The translations under genes and the position numbers were made by a program. Below, piece by piece: positions 44,752-45,204 of a stretch of DNA of 45,204 nucleotides (the stretch's first letter is position 1; the number at the start of each line of letters is the position of its first letter). The notes beneath the pieces were generated by a model. That model was not told where the DNA came from, searched no databases, and saw only the letters and a list, made by a program, of their open reading frames with translations. This DNA comes from Escherichia phage vB_EcoS_011D5. The stretch lies in the sequence record NC_073085.1; one strand, written 5' to 3'.

Positions 44752-45204
44752 TTGCGCGCCTTTTTAGCTTTCATGTATTCCATCAAGTCGTCCTGAATAT
44801 CTCGCTTACTGTCGCGACGTTCGGCGACCAGTTCATCCAGTGTCCCGCGCGCCTGGATAATGTAGACGAATACCGGACGAGGGTGTCCGGCTTGCATCTG
44901 GCGAACCGGCCCTATACGCTCCACAATCTGCGAAAAGTGCTCATAGTTCCAGGTGTCTGAGAAGATAGCAAGGTGGTGCCCCCCATCCTGCAGGTTAAGT
45001 CCGTGACCCGCTGACGCTGGGTGTGCAAACATGATGGGGATCTCGCCCCTGTTCCACGCTTCCATATCCTTATTTCCTTGCTTACCCTTACCCATCGCTA
45101 CGCCGTGCGGGAATTTCTTCTTGAGACGCGCCAGATCATGCTTGTACTGGTATGCGACGAGCAACGGCGCGCCGTTCAACTCCTCCACGATACTTTCCAG
45201 CGCG
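44748..45204 (-). CDS. SNF2/DEAD-like helicase, C-terminal part (helicase motif VI-like HPASAGHGLNLQ)
   Basis: ORF-track 44748..45188 has no true start (GTG in-frame) and continues upstream into the duplicated end. Confidence 0.8.
   Translation of the reverse strand, partial: ALESIVEELNGAPLLVAYQYKHDLARLKKKFPHGVAMGKGKQGNKDMEAWNRGEIPIMFAHPASAGHGLNLQDGGHHLAIFSDTWNYEHFSQIVERIGPVRQMQAGHPRPVFVYIIQARGTLDELVAERRDSKRDIQDDLMEYMKAKKARK

Noticed and set aside
1-45204. tRNA or rRNA genes, integrase, attP
   Set aside because: No cloverleaf-like or rRNA-like regions were spotted by eye, and no tyrosine/serine recombinase motifs; a tRNAscan/Infernal run would be needed to be sure.

Overview
The window looks like a complete ~45.1 kb genome of a tailed dsDNA phage (siphovirus-like, enterobacterial-type codon usage and GC), assembled as a closed circle. 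Positions 1-115 are identical to 45090-45204, and a SNF2-type helicase ORF on the minus strand reads without interruption across that junction. I recognise no integrase, repressor or att site, so a virulent lifestyle is likely; I cannot assign a genus from sequence alone. Layout: (i) a leftward early/replication arm running from ~8221 down through position 1 and on to 40622, with an acidic repeat protein, RecB/Cas4-like exonuclease, SSB-like protein, family A DNA polymerase, VRR-NUC, SNF2 helicase, a C5-MTase-like protein, a degenerate HNH-like protein, a Dam-like MTase and a HAD phosphatase; (ii) a rightward arm from 8622 to 40589 with an HTH regulator, AEP-primase/helicase, lysis cassette, TerS/TerL, portal, capsid and a lambda-like tail module (major tail, G/G-T chaperone with -1 frameshift, tape measure, L/K/I/J-like proteins, tail fibre); (iii) two small minus-strand cassettes embedded in the structural module (21675-22793 and 37679-38868). 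The most interesting unexplained signal is a ~170 bp composite element built from tandem GCGGGACA(R) units plus a conserved GC hairpin, present twice in the same orientation in noncoding DNA (11320-11490 and 28410-28730); the second copy splits the normally contiguous chaperone/tape-measure genes. Other leads are a dispersed 9-mer TTGGTTGCA/TGCAACCAA in about ten intergenic regions, an HTH-metallophosphoesterase fusion, two mixed-charge tandem-repeat proteins, and a lipoprotein cassette beside the receptor-binding genes. All calls rest on reading motifs and synteny by eye; no database search was run, and refined start coordinates may be off by a few nucleotides.
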